Shown here in pieces: positions 8,701 to 18,495 of a stretch of DNA of 48,985 nucleotides. Source of the DNA: Phycisphaeraceae bacterium (GTDB taxonomy: Bacteria > Planctomycetota > Phycisphaerae > Phycisphaerales > Zrk34); assembly GCA_040905565.1 (NCBI GenBank), contig JBBDRF010000089.1:1-48985 (forward strand), read 5' to 3'. A program made the position numbers and the translations under genes. The stretch's first letter is position 1. Every line of letters begins with the position of its first letter. The notes under the pieces were generated by a model. It did no database searches, had not been told where the DNA came from, and saw only the letters and a list, made by a program, of their open reading frames with translations.

Positions 8701-9882
8701 ATGCCCTCCGTCTGCTTTTACTTTCAGATGCATCAGCCGTTCCGCTTGAGGCGGTACAGCATTTTCGACACGGAGCCGACTTATTTTGATGAGGCTGGCA
8801 ACGCGGAGATTTTGAAGAAAGTCGCTGAGCGGAGTTATGAGCCGGGTACGAAGCTGCTGCTGGAGATGATTGAGCGACACGAAGGGCGGTTCCGAATTAG
8901 TTTTTCGGTGACGGGGGTCCTGATTGAGCAGTTGCGGGCGCATGCGCCGAAGGTGATTGAAAATCTACAAGCACTGGCGGAGACGGGGTGCGTGGAGTTT
9001 CTTAATGAGACGTACCATCATTCCCTGGCGTTTTTATATAGTCGCGGCGAGTTTCGTGAGCAGGTAGATCGGCACGCGGAGTTGATGGAAGAGATGTTCG
9101 GGCAGAAGCCGACTGTGTTTCGCAATACCGAGCTGATTTATAATAATGATCTGGCGGAGTACCTGGAGGGGATGGGGCGGTTCAAGGGGGTTTTGACGGA
9201 GGGTGCCGATGCGCTGCTTGAGGGGCGATCGCCTGACGTGACGTATCGGCCGCCTGGTTGCGAGGGGCTGACGCTGTTGCTTAGGAACTATCGTTTGAGC
9301 GATGACATTGCGTTTCGGTTTTCGAACCGGTCGTGGCCTCACTGGCCTATGACGGCGGCGAAGTTCGCGGATTGGGTGGGCGAGCTTGAGGGGCCGGTGT
9401 GTAATCTGTTCATGGATTTCGAGACGTTCGGGGAGCATCAGTGGGCGGATACGGGGATTTTTGCGTTTCTGGCGGAGGTGCCGAGTGCGCTGCTGAGGCG
9501 GGCGGGGAATGACTTCAAAACGGTGGGCGAGGCGATTGATGCGTATGAGCCTGCGGATACGTTCGATGTGCCTCAGATGATCAGCTGGGCGGATACGGAG
9601 CGTGATCTTTCAGCTTGGCTTGGCAATGCGATGCAATCCAATGCGCTGCACGAAATATATAAGCTGGAAGCGACGATCAAGCAGACAGGTGACGCGGCTT
9701 TATTACAAAGTTGGCGTAGGTTGAGCATCAGCGATCACTTTTATTATATGTGCACGAAGTACTTTTCGGATGGTGATGTGCACAAGTACTTCAATCCGTA
9801 CCAGTCGCCTTACGATAGTTATATTAACTTCATGAATGTGCTGGATAATTTGCGGAGTCGGGTGCTGATTCCGCAGAAATAG
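8701..9882 (+). CDS. Glycoside hydrolase family 57 (alpha-amylase-like)
   Basis: FQMHQPFRL, ETYHHSL, FRNTELIY, FMDFETFGEHQW, SDHFYYMCTK. Confidence 0.93.
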   Translation: MPSVCFYFQMHQPFRLRRYSIFDTEPTYFDEAGNAEILKKVAERSYEPGTKLLLEMIERHEGRFRISFSVTGVLIEQLRAHAPKVIENLQALAETGCVEFLNETYHHSLAFLYSRGEFREQVDRHAELMEEMFGQKPTVFRNTELIYNNDLAEYLEGMGRFKGVLTEGADALLEGRSPDVTYRPPGCEGLTLLLRNYRLSDDIAFRFSNRSWPHWPMTAAKFADWVGELEGPVCNLFMDFETFGEHQWADTGIFAFLAEVPSALLRRAGNDFKTVGEAIDAYEPADTFDVPQMISWADTERDLSAWLGNAMQSNALHEIYKLEATIKQTGDAALLQSWRRLSISDHFYYMCTKYFSDGDVHKYFNPYQSPYDSYINFMNVLDNLRSRVLIPQK

Positions 9883-9984
9883 ACATTGGTGTGGGGGGCG
9901 GGAAGGATGGGGGTGTTGGGGGTGCGGTCAGTGGTGGGTGGAAGACATGGCGATCCTTGATCGCCCGCTAACGGGTTTTGGTTT

Positions 9985-10809
9985 ATGGGTATGTTTCGTT
10001 TGATATTGGTTGTGGTCGCGCTGGGAGGTGTAGCGGGGTGCGCGATGGAGGAGCGGGTGCTTTCGACGAGTTTCGGGTTTGAGCCTGCCGGTTCGCGGGA
10101 TCGGGGCGGCAGCACGGAAACGACGGGCGGGGCAAGTGACGGCGGGGCGACGTGGGCGATTGCACTGGGGGAGTTCAAGGGGGACGATCACCACGAGCGG
10201 GCTGAGCGGATGGCGGAGCAGATCGCAGCGTTCGCGGACACGGACGATGTCTGGGTGGATCAGCGGAGCAGCCGATCGATGATTTATCACGGGCGGTATG
10301 CGTCGCGCAATGATCGGGTGGCGCAGGGGAATTTGAGCCGTTGGCGGGAGTATGTGCGGATGGGTCAGATGCGGCTGCCGGGTCTGATGCTGGTGCCGAT
10401 CAATGAGTACTCATCAGGCAGCGCGAGTGAGTATGCGCTGGAGCGGGGCGTGGAGCGGGAGATGGCGAGGCGGCAGGAAGAGGGGGAGGGGCCCCCGAAG
10501 TACACGCTGCAGATCGGGATGTACGACGAGGATTTCGGGGAGAATTTCCGGGAGGTGGCGGAGGAAGCGGTGGCGACGCTTCGCGAGGATGGGTGGGAGG
10601 CGTACTTCTGGCACGGGCCTGTGCGGACGACGCTGATGGTGGGGTTCTTTGATGATGAGGCGCTGGAGGATGATTCGGAGCAGGCGCTGCAGGTGGAGGC
10701 GTTGCGTCGGCAATTTCCGAAGAATTCGCTCAACGGCCGCACGATCCGGATGACCAGCGGCGGGAAGACGGCGGAGCAGCGAAGCGAACTGGTGGCGCTG
10801 CCTCGGTAG
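9985..10809 (+). CDS. Lipoprotein, hypothetical, possibly with SPOR-like domains
   Basis: Lipobox VAGC; YTLQIGMY...AEEAVATLREDGWEAYF...LMVGFF resembles a SPOR beta-alpha-beta pattern. Confidence 0.7.
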   Translation: MGMFRLILVVVALGGVAGCAMEERVLSTSFGFEPAGSRDRGGSTETTGGASDGGATWAIALGEFKGDDHHERAERMAEQIAAFADTDDVWVDQRSSRSMIYHGRYASRNDRVAQGNLSRWREYVRMGQMRLPGLMLVPINEYSSGSASEYALERGVEREMARRQEEGEGPPKYTLQIGMYDEDFGENFREVAEEAVATLREDGWEAYFWHGPVRTTLMVGFFDDEALEDDSEQALQVEALRRQFPKNSLNGRTIRMTSGGKTAEQRSELVALPR

Positions 10810-10837
10810 TTGGTGGGCGGTTTTTGGGCGGGGGCGG

Positions 10838-10866
10838 CACTGGTGGGCAAGCCACCAGTGGCACAC
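10838..10866. repeat. Short REP-like palindrome between convergent genes
   Basis: cactggtgg-gcaag-ccaccagtg(gcacac); a partial copy (ggcactggtgggcgag) lies at about 40672-40687. Confidence 0.55.
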
Positions 10867-10879
10867 ACGATTGATCATG

Positions 10880-12112
10880 TCAGACCGATGCGGTGGCGAT
10901 TTCGGCTTCGGCGTCGGCGTGCTGCGGGGTGATGTCGATGAGGAGGACGGTGAGGTCGTCCTGCTGGTGGAGCGAGCCGGCCTGCTGATCGAGGCGGTCT
11001 TCGATGCGGGCGACGACCTGTTCCATGGGCCCTTCGCAGAGGCGGCGGAGTTCCTCAGCGTAATCCTGGACCATGTGGGCGCCCTCGCTGCCGAAGGCGA
11101 ATTCGAAGCCGTCGGAGTAGATGAGCAGGCGGTCGCCTTCGCGGACTTTGATGCGGTGGAGTTCGAATTCTTCTTCTTCGAAGACGCCGAGTAGGGCGCC
11201 GTCGGGCTTGAGCAGTTCGACTTCGCCGGTGGCGCGAACGAGGACGGGGGGCGGGTGGCCGGCGCGGGCGAGCAGGAGTTCTTTGGTGCGGATATCGAGC
11301 AGGCCGTAGCAGGCGGTGGCGAACTGGGTGGGGCCGTGCTGGCGTTCGCACATGTCGCGGTTGAGTCGGGCGAGCGCTTCGTCGGGCTGGAGGATGCGAG
11401 GCTCGAGGCCGTGGACCTCGCGAGGCTGAAGGGCCTGCTTGATGAACATGGTGAGCAGCGCAGCGGGGACGCCGTGTCCGACGGCATCGGCGACGAAGAA
11501 GGAGCTGTGGTGGCGGTCGAGGCACTGGACGTCGTAGATGTCGCCGCTGACGTAGCCGGCAGGCCTGAAGAGGACTTCGAAGCTGACGCCGGCGAGCTTG
11601 GGGAGCGTCGCGGGGAGGAACTGGCGCTGCAGGCGTGAGGCGAAGCGGAGCTCTTCGTCGAGGCGTGTGATCTGGCCGCGGACGCCCGTGTGCTGGCGCT
11701 GGAGGAGTTTGAGATCCTGTCGTGTTTGTTCGGAAGCCTGGCCGCCGCAGAGCATGCCCTGGAGCATGAGGTGGATTTCGCGTGGCTGATCGTCCGGCGG
11801 CGCCATCACGGCCGACTCCTGCCAGAACTGGCCTGCGGTCATGGCGGTGTGGCTACTGCTGAGAAGCGTCGGGATGCCGCGTTGGGCGAGGACATCGAGC
11901 AGGGCGTAGAGGTTGGATTTGCTGAGGTTTGTGCCGGTGTAGAGCCAGGCGGCATCGGCGGCGGGTGATGCATCGTCGTGCAGCAGGTCGGCGGCTGCGG
12001 CGTGGTTGAGTTTGGGACGGTCGGCCGCCTCAGACACGCTCATCACCTGCTCGGCGAGCGACTCAAAGTGCGGGCGGTCTTCCTCGTGGCTGATCAGCAG
12101 TATTCGCGGCAT
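10880..12112 (-). CDS. PP2C/SpoIIE-family Ser/Thr phosphatase (RsbU-like)
   Basis: VSGDIYDV, VADAVGHGVPAAL, ARAGHPPP, LIYSDG, DDLTVL. Confidence 0.92.
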   Translation of the reverse strand: MPRILLISHEEDRPHFESLAEQVMSVSEAADRPKLNHAAAADLLHDDASPAADAAWLYTGTNLSKSNLYALLDVLAQRGIPTLLSSSHTAMTAGQFWQESAVMAPPDDQPREIHLMLQGMLCGGQASEQTRQDLKLLQRQHTGVRGQITRLDEELRFASRLQRQFLPATLPKLAGVSFEVLFRPAGYVSGDIYDVQCLDRHHSSFFVADAVGHGVPAALLTMFIKQALQPREVHGLEPRILQPDEALARLNRDMCERQHGPTQFATACYGLLDIRTKELLLARAGHPPPVLVRATGEVELLKPDGALLGVFEEEEFELHRIKVREGDRLLIYSDGFEFAFGSEGAHMVQDYAEELRRLCEGPMEQVVARIEDRLDQQAGSLHQQDDLTVLLIDITPQHADAEAEIATASV

Positions 12113-12139
12113 AGTATTCTCGAACCCCGTTCGCTGGCT

Positions 12140-12664
12140 TCATCCCTCCTCGTTTTCATCGACCCCCGCAGCGACCCGCTTGAGTCGCTCGAGAGGCAAA
12201 TTGATGCGATCGCCCTCACTGAGGCCCAGCCGTTCGACCGTCCCGGCCTTCACCTCGATCACGAACTGGGCGGGGTAGTAGCTGGAATAGCTGATCAGGT
12301 CGCGGTCCGCCGTGCCGGGCTCGGGGGCGGGCATGGTGTGCGTCTGCACAATGCGACGGCTGCCGTCGAGGTAGATGATGTCCAGCGGGATCAGGCAGCC
12401 CTTCATCCAGAAGCTCCGCACCCGGGCGCGCTCGAAGAGGAAGAGCATGCCTTCGTCGGCGGCTACTTGTTCACGACCGGCCATCCCCTGGCGATGCTCC
12501 GCCCGCGTCACCGCCAGCTCCAGTTCGAAATCCTCGTCACCGAGGCGGACGGTTTCGTAACGTGTCTCCGGTTCCTCGCAGCCGCTGATGACGGCGGCCG
12601 GGGCGAGGACGGTCACGAACAGCAGAAGCACGAGACGCAACGGCGAGGGGAAGCGTGAATTCAT
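12140..12664 (-). CDS. DUF192-family lipoprotein
   Basis: ELELAVT..EHRQGM..R, GMLFLF, SFWMKGCLIPLDIIYLD, VIEVKAG; lipobox ISGC; ATGA coupling with the gluQ stop. Confidence 0.88.
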   Translation of the reverse strand: MNSRFPSPLRLVLLLFVTVLAPAAVISGCEEPETRYETVRLGDEDFELELAVTRAEHRQGMAGREQVAADEGMLFLFERARVRSFWMKGCLIPLDIIYLDGSRRIVQTHTMPAPEPGTADRDLISYSSYYPAQFVIEVKAGTVERLGLSEGDRINLPLERLKRVAAGVDENEEG

Positions 12665-13611
12665 TTTGTCAGCAGCCATTTTTCATCGTCAGCGGTGAAG
12701 GTGATCGGTTGGCGTGGAAGGCGGGCGAGGTCGAATCGCTCGAGGAACATCGAGAGGGTCATCGGCTGTCGGGGGCCGAGTCCACTCCAGTGTCCGAGGA
12801 GTCCGATGATACGTTCGGCGGACACGCCGTGCTTGCGGTAGGTGGTCAGGCGGGTGTCGCCGTGGCGTTTGGCGAGGCGTCGGCCGTCGGGGCCGTAGAC
12901 GAGGGGCAGGTGGGTGTAGCGGGGTTGGGGGGCGATGTTGAGCATCTGCTGAAGCATGATCTGCCGGGCGGCGGAGGGGACGAGGTCGTCGCCACGCACC
13001 ACGTCGGTGATGTGCTGAGCCGCATCGTCGACGACCACCGCCAACTGATAGGCGGGCAGGCCCATGCGGGTGGACAGGACGAAATCGCCGACGCCTTGCG
13101 CGACGTTGATCGCCTGCTCGCCAGCCACCTGATCGGTGAAGCTGATGACCTGATCAGGCACGCGGACACGCCAGGCGGTGGCATCGAGGGCGGGCTCAAA
13201 ACGGGTGGGTGTGGCGGCTGCGGGACGGCAGGTGCCGGGGTAGCGCAGCTCGTGTTCGTCGCCTTCGTGCGGGGCGGAGCGGGCGGCGGCGGCGATGTCG
13301 CCACGTGTGCACTGGCACGGATAGATCAGCCCTTGGCCGGCAAGGCGATCCAAGGCGGCGTGGTAGCGGGTCAGGTCGTGCCGCTGATAGTGCGGCCCTT
13401 CGTCCCAGTCGAGCCCGAGCCACTGGAGGATATCGATGGCGAGTTTGTCGGCCCCCTCTTTCACACGCGGGCCGTCGAGGTCTTCGACGCGCAGCACGAT
13501 CGTCCAGTTCTGCTGCCGAGCCATCGCCCAGTTGATCAGAAAGGTGCGGGCGTTGCCGAGGTGAAGGGCCCCGGTGGGCGAAGGTGCGAGGCGTGTGCGA
13601 CGATCACTCAT
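12661..13611 (-). CDS. gluQ: Glutamyl-Q tRNA(Asp) synthetase
   Basis: TRLAPSPTGALHLGN, RVEDLDGPR, YPCQCTR..YPGTCR, AYQLAVVVDD, RLAKRHG; about 316 aa with no anticodon-binding domain. Confidence 0.92.
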   Translation of the reverse strand: MSDRRTRLAPSPTGALHLGNARTFLINWAMARQQNWTIVLRVEDLDGPRVKEGADKLAIDILQWLGLDWDEGPHYQRHDLTRYHAALDRLAGQGLIYPCQCTRGDIAAAARSAPHEGDEHELRYPGTCRPAAATPTRFEPALDATAWRVRVPDQVISFTDQVAGEQAINVAQGVGDFVLSTRMGLPAYQLAVVVDDAAQHITDVVRGDDLVPSAARQIMLQQMLNIAPQPRYTHLPLVYGPDGRRLAKRHGDTRLTTYRKHGVSAERIIGLLGHWSGLGPRQPMTLSMFLERFDLARLPRQPITFTADDEKWLLTK

Positions 13612-13711
13612 GACGTTATGATAAGCCGATGCCCCCCCCACCACCTAACCGGCCCCACCGCCAAGGCAAACGCATAGGGATGCGCCGGCCGATGCAGGCC
13701 TCGGATGCGAA

Positions 13712-13821
13712 GGGTGCCCCGGCCAGCGCAGACGGCCGGGCGGGATTGCGACATCGGCCCGGGCAACTGTGCAGGTCTGGAAAACCCGGCCGTCTCGCTT
13801 CGCTCGCTGGCCGGGGCACCC
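13712..13821 (+). repeat. Palindromic REP/MITE-like element, family A copy 1
   Basis: 17-bp perfect terminal inverted repeats gggtgccccggccagcg / cgctggccggggcaccc, plus conserved inner arms cagacggccggg / cccggccgtctcgcttcgct. Confidence 0.9.
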
Positions 13822-13930
13822 CTGTTTTTGGGCAGTCCGCTTGGAAGCGATGCTTACGCTGTGATGACATCTCGTCGTTCAACTGGACGGTCGCTTACGC
13901 TTCCCGCTCGCCAAGGCAGGATGTTGACTG

Positions 13931-14560
13931 ATGACTCTTTCTTTCGATGCTTCTGCTGATCGCCCCACGCGGCTGGGGATTTTCATCTCCGGCGGCGGCA
14001 CCACAATGCTGAACCTTGCTGAGCAAATCAAGGCGGGGAAGCTTGATGCGGAGATCGGCGTCGTGATCAGTTCGCGCGCCGATGCGGCGGGTGTGGCGCG
14101 TGCTCAGCAGACGGGGCTGGCGACGCATGTGGTGAGCCGAAAGGATTATGCTTCGGTGGAAGCGTTTTCCGATGCGGTTTGGCAGGTGGTGGATCGCTAC
14201 GAGATCGACCTGGTCTGCATGGCGGGGTTCCTGTCGCTGTTGCGGATCCCCGAGCGGTACCTAGGGCGGGTGATGAACATTCATCCGTCGCTGTTGCCGA
14301 AGTTCGGGGGCAAGGGGATGTTCGGTCGGCATGTGCACGAGGCGGTGATCGCAGCGGGCGAAAGCGAGAGCGGCTGCACGGTGCACTTCGCGAACAATGC
14401 GTATGACCAGGGGCCGATCATTCTTCAAAGGCGGTGCCCGGTGCTGCCGGACGACACGGCGGAGACGCTGGCGGAGCGGGTGTTCGAGCAGGAATGCCTG
14501 GCGTACCCGGAAGCGATCCGGATGATCCAAAGTGGTGAAGTACGTTACGATATAGGTTAA
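13931..14560 (+). CDS. purN: Phosphoribosylglycinamide formyltransferase
   Basis: ISGGGTTM, MAGFL, NIHPSLLPKFGG, ESGCTVHF, YDQGPII. Confidence 0.96.
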   Translation: MTLSFDASADRPTRLGIFISGGGTTMLNLAEQIKAGKLDAEIGVVISSRADAAGVARAQQTGLATHVVSRKDYASVEAFSDAVWQVVDRYEIDLVCMAGFLSLLRIPERYLGRVMNIHPSLLPKFGGKGMFGRHVHEAVIAAGESESGCTVHFANNAYDQGPIILQRRCPVLPDDTAETLAERVFEQECLAYPEAIRMIQSGEVRYDIG

Positions 14561-14623
14561 GATCCGGGGACGGATTGATCAGTTTTCGGCCCTTCGTTCG
14601 GGGGCACGGCGTGCTCCGATTTT

Positions 14624-14727
14624 GGGTGCCCCGGCCAGCGCAGACGGCCGGGCTGGGACGCGTCGAAGGTCAGTTCCGTGCTGTGACGCACCCGGCCGTC
14701 TCGCTTCGCTCGCTGGCCGGGGCACCC
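14624..14727 (+). repeat. Palindromic REP/MITE-like element, family A copy 2
   Basis: Arms identical to copy 1; different central spacer. Confidence 0.9.
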
Positions 14728-14818
14728 TCATACGCTGGGTGCGCAGGCGTATTTGGCACTGGCTTTGCTTTTGGTGAGGGAACGTGTCCCCCCCCACTTA
14801 CTCCGGGAAGAACACAGA

Positions 14819-15115
14819 ATGCAGATTAACCTGTCGCCGTTGACGTTCGTGGTGGTCTTGATGCTGGTGCCGAGCGCGGTGTACGTGATCGACATCCCCT
14901 GCCGAGAGTTCGTTGAGGCCAGGCAGAAAGCTGCTTGGCGGGCTGGGATGAACAGGCAGAAGATGAGCCTTTACCGGGAGGCCGGCACGAGCACGGCTGA
15001 GGCGCGCGGTGATGAGCAGCGGGCAATCGTCGACATTTGCGACGCAGACGTGGCGCGGGCGGCAAGCCTTGAGATCTTCGCGGTGGAACGCACGCCGGGC
15101 GAAGCGGTCAGGTGA
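14819..15115 (+). CDS. Small hypothetical membrane or exported protein
   Basis: N-terminal hydrophobic segment; fills the gap before the convergent DUF1501 gene (8-nt overlap). No family recognised. Confidence 0.4.
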   Translation: MQINLSPLTFVVVLMLVPSAVYVIDIPCREFVEARQKAAWRAGMNRQKMSLYREAGTSTAEARGDEQRAIVDICDADVARAASLEIFAVERTPGEAVR

Positions 15116-16394
15116 ACAGATCGGTGACGGGTTTGCCGTCGTCGGCCATGGTGAACGGGCGGCCGGAGGGCGCGAAGACGCGCTCGTCGTATTGGAGGCC
15201 GAGCGCGTAGGCGATGGTGGCGTTGAAGTCGGGGACGGTGACGGGGTTTTCCGCGGCGGCGTAGGCTTTTTCGTCGCTCTTGCCGTAGACCTGCCCGCCG
15301 TTGATGCCGCCGCCTGCGAGGAGGCTTGAGAAGACGCGGGGGTGGTGGTCGCGGCCGGCATCGCGGTTGATGTTGGGCGTGCGGCCGAACTCGGTGGTCA
15401 GCACGATGAGCGTTTCTTCAAGCAGGCCCGAGGCGTCAAGATCCTGCAGCAGTGTGGCGAGGGCCTGATCGACGGGGGCGGTGCGGTCGGGCATGGCGTC
15501 GAAGTTGTTGGCGTGGGTGTCCCAGCCGCCGTGCTCGATCTCCACATAGCGGACGCCGTTCTGCACGAGCCGGCGGGCGAGGAGGGTGGCCTGGCCGAAG
15601 CGGTTGTTGCCGTAGGCTTCGCGCATCTCAGCGGATTCCTTGGAGATATCGAACGCGACGAGGTCTTCGCTGCGCATGAGGCGGACGGCTTCGTCGTAGA
15701 ACTCGGTGTAGGTTTTGACGTCGCGGTGCTCGTACTTGCGGGTGAAGGGCCGGTCGAAGCGTTCCATGAGCTGGAGGCGGCGTTGGAACTGATCGGGATT
15801 GACGCTGCCTGGCAGGTGGGCGTTCTGCAGACCGGCCGAGGGGTTGCCGATGCGGACGGGCGTGAACTCGGAGCCGAGGAAACCCGCGCCGGGATGGGCG
15901 CCGCCGCCGCCGATGAGGACATTGCTGGGGAGGGTGGGATTGATGCGGCCGCCGTGCTTCACGGTCCATGCGCCGAGGGCGGGGTGCTGGACGGAGCCTC
16001 GGGGCGTGTGGCTGGTGCGGACGAAGTATTGGCCGCGTTCGTGGGCGCCCTGGTTCGAGGTAAGCGAGCGGATCAGGGCGATTTTGTCCATCTGCTTGGC
16101 GAGCTCGGGCAGGTTTTCGCTGAGCTGGATGCCTGAGACGTTGGTGGAGATGGCGGAGACGGGGCCGGAGACTTCGCTGTTGTTTTTCGGATCGAACGTG
16201 TCGAGGTGGCTGAGCCCGCCGTTCATGAACATGTAGATGACGTTCTTGGCGGGCTTGCGCGCGGCACCGGCGGAGCGGGCGGCGGCTTGGGCGGCGAGGG
16301 GGCTCATGACCCCGAGGCCGAGGCAGGTCTTGGCGGCATAGCTGACGAACTGCCTGCGTGAAACGTCGTCTAATCCTCGCAGCATCTTCCGCAT
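15108..16394 (-). CDS. DUF1501-domain protein (Tat-exported)
   Basis: SRRQFV twin-arginine signal; FMNGGLSHLDTFDPK, LARRLVQNGVRYVE, GWDTH, EFGRTP, GRDHHP. Confidence 0.93.
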   Translation of the reverse strand: MRKMLRGLDDVSRRQFVSYAAKTCLGLGVMSPLAAQAAARSAGAARKPAKNVIYMFMNGGLSHLDTFDPKNNSEVSGPVSAISTNVSGIQLSENLPELAKQMDKIALIRSLTSNQGAHERGQYFVRTSHTPRGSVQHPALGAWTVKHGGRINPTLPSNVLIGGGGAHPGAGFLGSEFTPVRIGNPSAGLQNAHLPGSVNPDQFQRRLQLMERFDRPFTRKYEHRDVKTYTEFYDEAVRLMRSEDLVAFDISKESAEMREAYGNNRFGQATLLARRLVQNGVRYVEIEHGGWDTHANNFDAMPDRTAPVDQALATLLQDLDASGLLEETLIVLTTEFGRTPNINRDAGRDHHPRVFSSLLAGGGINGGQVYGKSDEKAYAAAENPVTVPDFNATIAYALGLQYDERVFAPSGRPFTMADDGKPVTDLFT

Positions 16395-16455
16395 GGCAGG
16401 TGTCCTTTCTGGTGGCCTTATTTCGCTCGGGGCGGCGCTTAGTGGTCGGGTCGGG

Positions 16456-18294
16456 TTATTGGATGAAGAGAAATTCGCGCGTGTTCAGCAGTGCCCAGAC
16501 GAGGTTGTCGAAGGCGATGTCGCCGTTGGCGTCGATCTCCCGGGTCGCGAGGGTCCGCTCGGTGGAGCTGGCGCGGCGGCCCAAGATGCTCTGCCAGATG
16601 ACGCCGAGTGCGTCGGTCTTGGAGCTGGCACGGGCGACGTTGGCGCGGAGGTAGGAATTCTCACGCAGCAGCACGTTGTCGATGGGCCCGTTGAGCAGCG
16701 TCAGAACCTGAATGGTGCTGGGGTTCTTGGTGGAGTTGTCGATGAGCTGACGATCAGACTGGCCGAACTCCCAGAGGAAGTGGCCTGTCGGCGCGGGCGA
16801 GGGGAGGTCGGAGGCGCGGACCATGCCGGCCCGGCTGCCGGCGCCTGCGGACATCATCATGTTGCCGCCGCCTTGCGCCATCTGCTCAGCGAGGGCGCGA
16901 ACTTCCTGCGGGCTCATGTCTTCGACGTTCTTGTTGCGCCAGTCGTCACTGCTGCTGTACGACGTGTCCGGCTCGGGGCGATCATCGAGCGCGTGACCGA
17001 CGGCGAGCGTCACGAACGAATCCCAGACCTGCTCGGCCGTCATGCGCCGCAGCAGCGGGCCGGGGAAATGATACTCTTCGTCGGGGGTCCACTCGCTTCG
17101 GGAAGCTTCACGCTGATAGGTCTGGGTGTTGTAGACGACGCGCTGGAACTGGCGCATGTCGAATTCGAGATCGATCATCAACTGCGTGAGGTGATCCATC
17201 AGCGGCTGGTTGAATGCTTCGGTGCCGTCGCGGATGTCGTCGACGGGGTAGTGCAGCCCCACGCCGAACGCCCGCGCCCACAGGCGATTGGCGATCACCT
17301 TCGCAAAGCGCGGGTTCTCGCTGGACGTGAGCCATTTTGCGTAAGCTTCGCGTGCGGACTGTTCGGGCCCTTCGACCTCGGCAAGATTACCGAAGATCGT
17401 GAACGGTTCGACGCTCTCGCCGGGGCGGCCGTCGGCGTACTTGTAGTCGTGGGGCAGCTGAATGTCGTTGCGGTTCTCACGGACGCGGAAGTTGTACTGA
17501 TACTGCAGCGATCGCAGCGCGTTGACGATGTTGCGAGGCGTGCTGTCGTCGTTATTCGCCTCGTTGTAGGCCTGGTTGACGGCGGGCACCCCCTCCCGCG
17601 TGCGGACGCCGAACGTGTAAGCAGCCATCTCGTAAAACTCACGCTGCGACCATTGATCGAACGGATGGTCGTGGCACTGAGCGCAGCCGATGGACGTGCC
17701 GAGGAAGATGCGCACCGTGTTGGACGTGTTATCCAGCGGCATGCCGTCGTCACGGATGAAGTACCCCACGGCACCGTCTTCATGCAGCCGGCCTTCCGAG
17801 GTGAGCAGGTCGGTCACGAACTGGTCGAACGGCTTGTTCTCGCGGATCGACTGTTTGATGAAGTCGATGTACGGCTGCCCGCTGGCGCGGTTGAGATTGC
17901 TGGTGGCCCGGAGCGTGTCGGCCCAGTAGTTGAACAGATGACTGACGTGGCCTTCGGATTCCAGCAGCTTGTCGATCAGGTCCGCCCGGTGGTTGCGGCT
18001 ACGCCTGCGGGTGAACTCCTGCACTTCCTCGTAGCTGGGCGCGCGGCCGACAATGTCCAGGTACGCACGCCTGAGGAACACGTCGTCCTTCACCGGCGGG
18101 TTGAACCTGCCGCCGGCCTCCTCAAGGCCCTGCTCCACCAGTGCGTCGATCTCCGAAGCCAGCTCGGCGACCTGCTCCTGCGAAAGCGGACGCTCAAGCG
18201 GTTCACGTTCCTCGGCCGACACCGCGCCGAGCGTTACGTGCATGATGAAAGTAGCCATCAGTCCCGCAACGGTCCACGTTCGCCATCGATGCAT
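16456..18294 (-). CDS. DUF1549/DUF1553 (PSD1) planctomycete protein
   Basis: FLRRAYLDIVGRAP, FLGTSIGCAQCHDHPFDQWSQREFY, NPRFAKVIANRLW, LRRMTAEQVWDS, WALLNTREFLF; CAGGAG RBS before ATG 18294. Confidence 0.93.
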   Translation of the reverse strand: MHRWRTWTVAGLMATFIMHVTLGAVSAEEREPLERPLSQEQVAELASEIDALVEQGLEEAGGRFNPPVKDDVFLRRAYLDIVGRAPSYEEVQEFTRRRSRNHRADLIDKLLESEGHVSHLFNYWADTLRATSNLNRASGQPYIDFIKQSIRENKPFDQFVTDLLTSEGRLHEDGAVGYFIRDDGMPLDNTSNTVRIFLGTSIGCAQCHDHPFDQWSQREFYEMAAYTFGVRTREGVPAVNQAYNEANNDDSTPRNIVNALRSLQYQYNFRVRENRNDIQLPHDYKYADGRPGESVEPFTIFGNLAEVEGPEQSAREAYAKWLTSSENPRFAKVIANRLWARAFGVGLHYPVDDIRDGTEAFNQPLMDHLTQLMIDLEFDMRQFQRVVYNTQTYQREASRSEWTPDEEYHFPGPLLRRMTAEQVWDSFVTLAVGHALDDRPEPDTSYSSSDDWRNKNVEDMSPQEVRALAEQMAQGGGNMMMSAGAGSRAGMVRASDLPSPAPTGHFLWEFGQSDRQLIDNSTKNPSTIQVLTLLNGPIDNVLLRENSYLRANVARASSKTDALGVIWQSILGRRASSTERTLATREIDANGDIAFDNLVWALLNTREFLFIQ

Positions 18295-18330
18295 GTGATG
18301 CACTCCTGCCCAGCTTGTAGCATTTGATCT

Positions 18331-18342
18331 AATCAATTGATT
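18331..18342. promoter_or_regulatory. AT-rich perfect palindrome, candidate operator
   Basis: aatcaattgatt in the divergent intergenic region 18295-18495. Confidence 0.35.
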
Positions 18343-18495
18343 CTAAATCTGAGCATCGGCGTAATCAACATGAAACTCAAACAGATGCTGTAAAAATGCA
18401 GCGTGCGGCGCGATCATTATATAAGCTCGGGCATTCCCCCGGCAGGATCCATAAACTATACTAAGGAGTGACACGACCACCCCGGGGACGGTTCC

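Noticed and set aside
16393..18327. 644-aa plus-strand ORF
   Set aside because: Antisense shadow of the DUF1549/1553 gene; no motifs, typical of high-GC codon bias.
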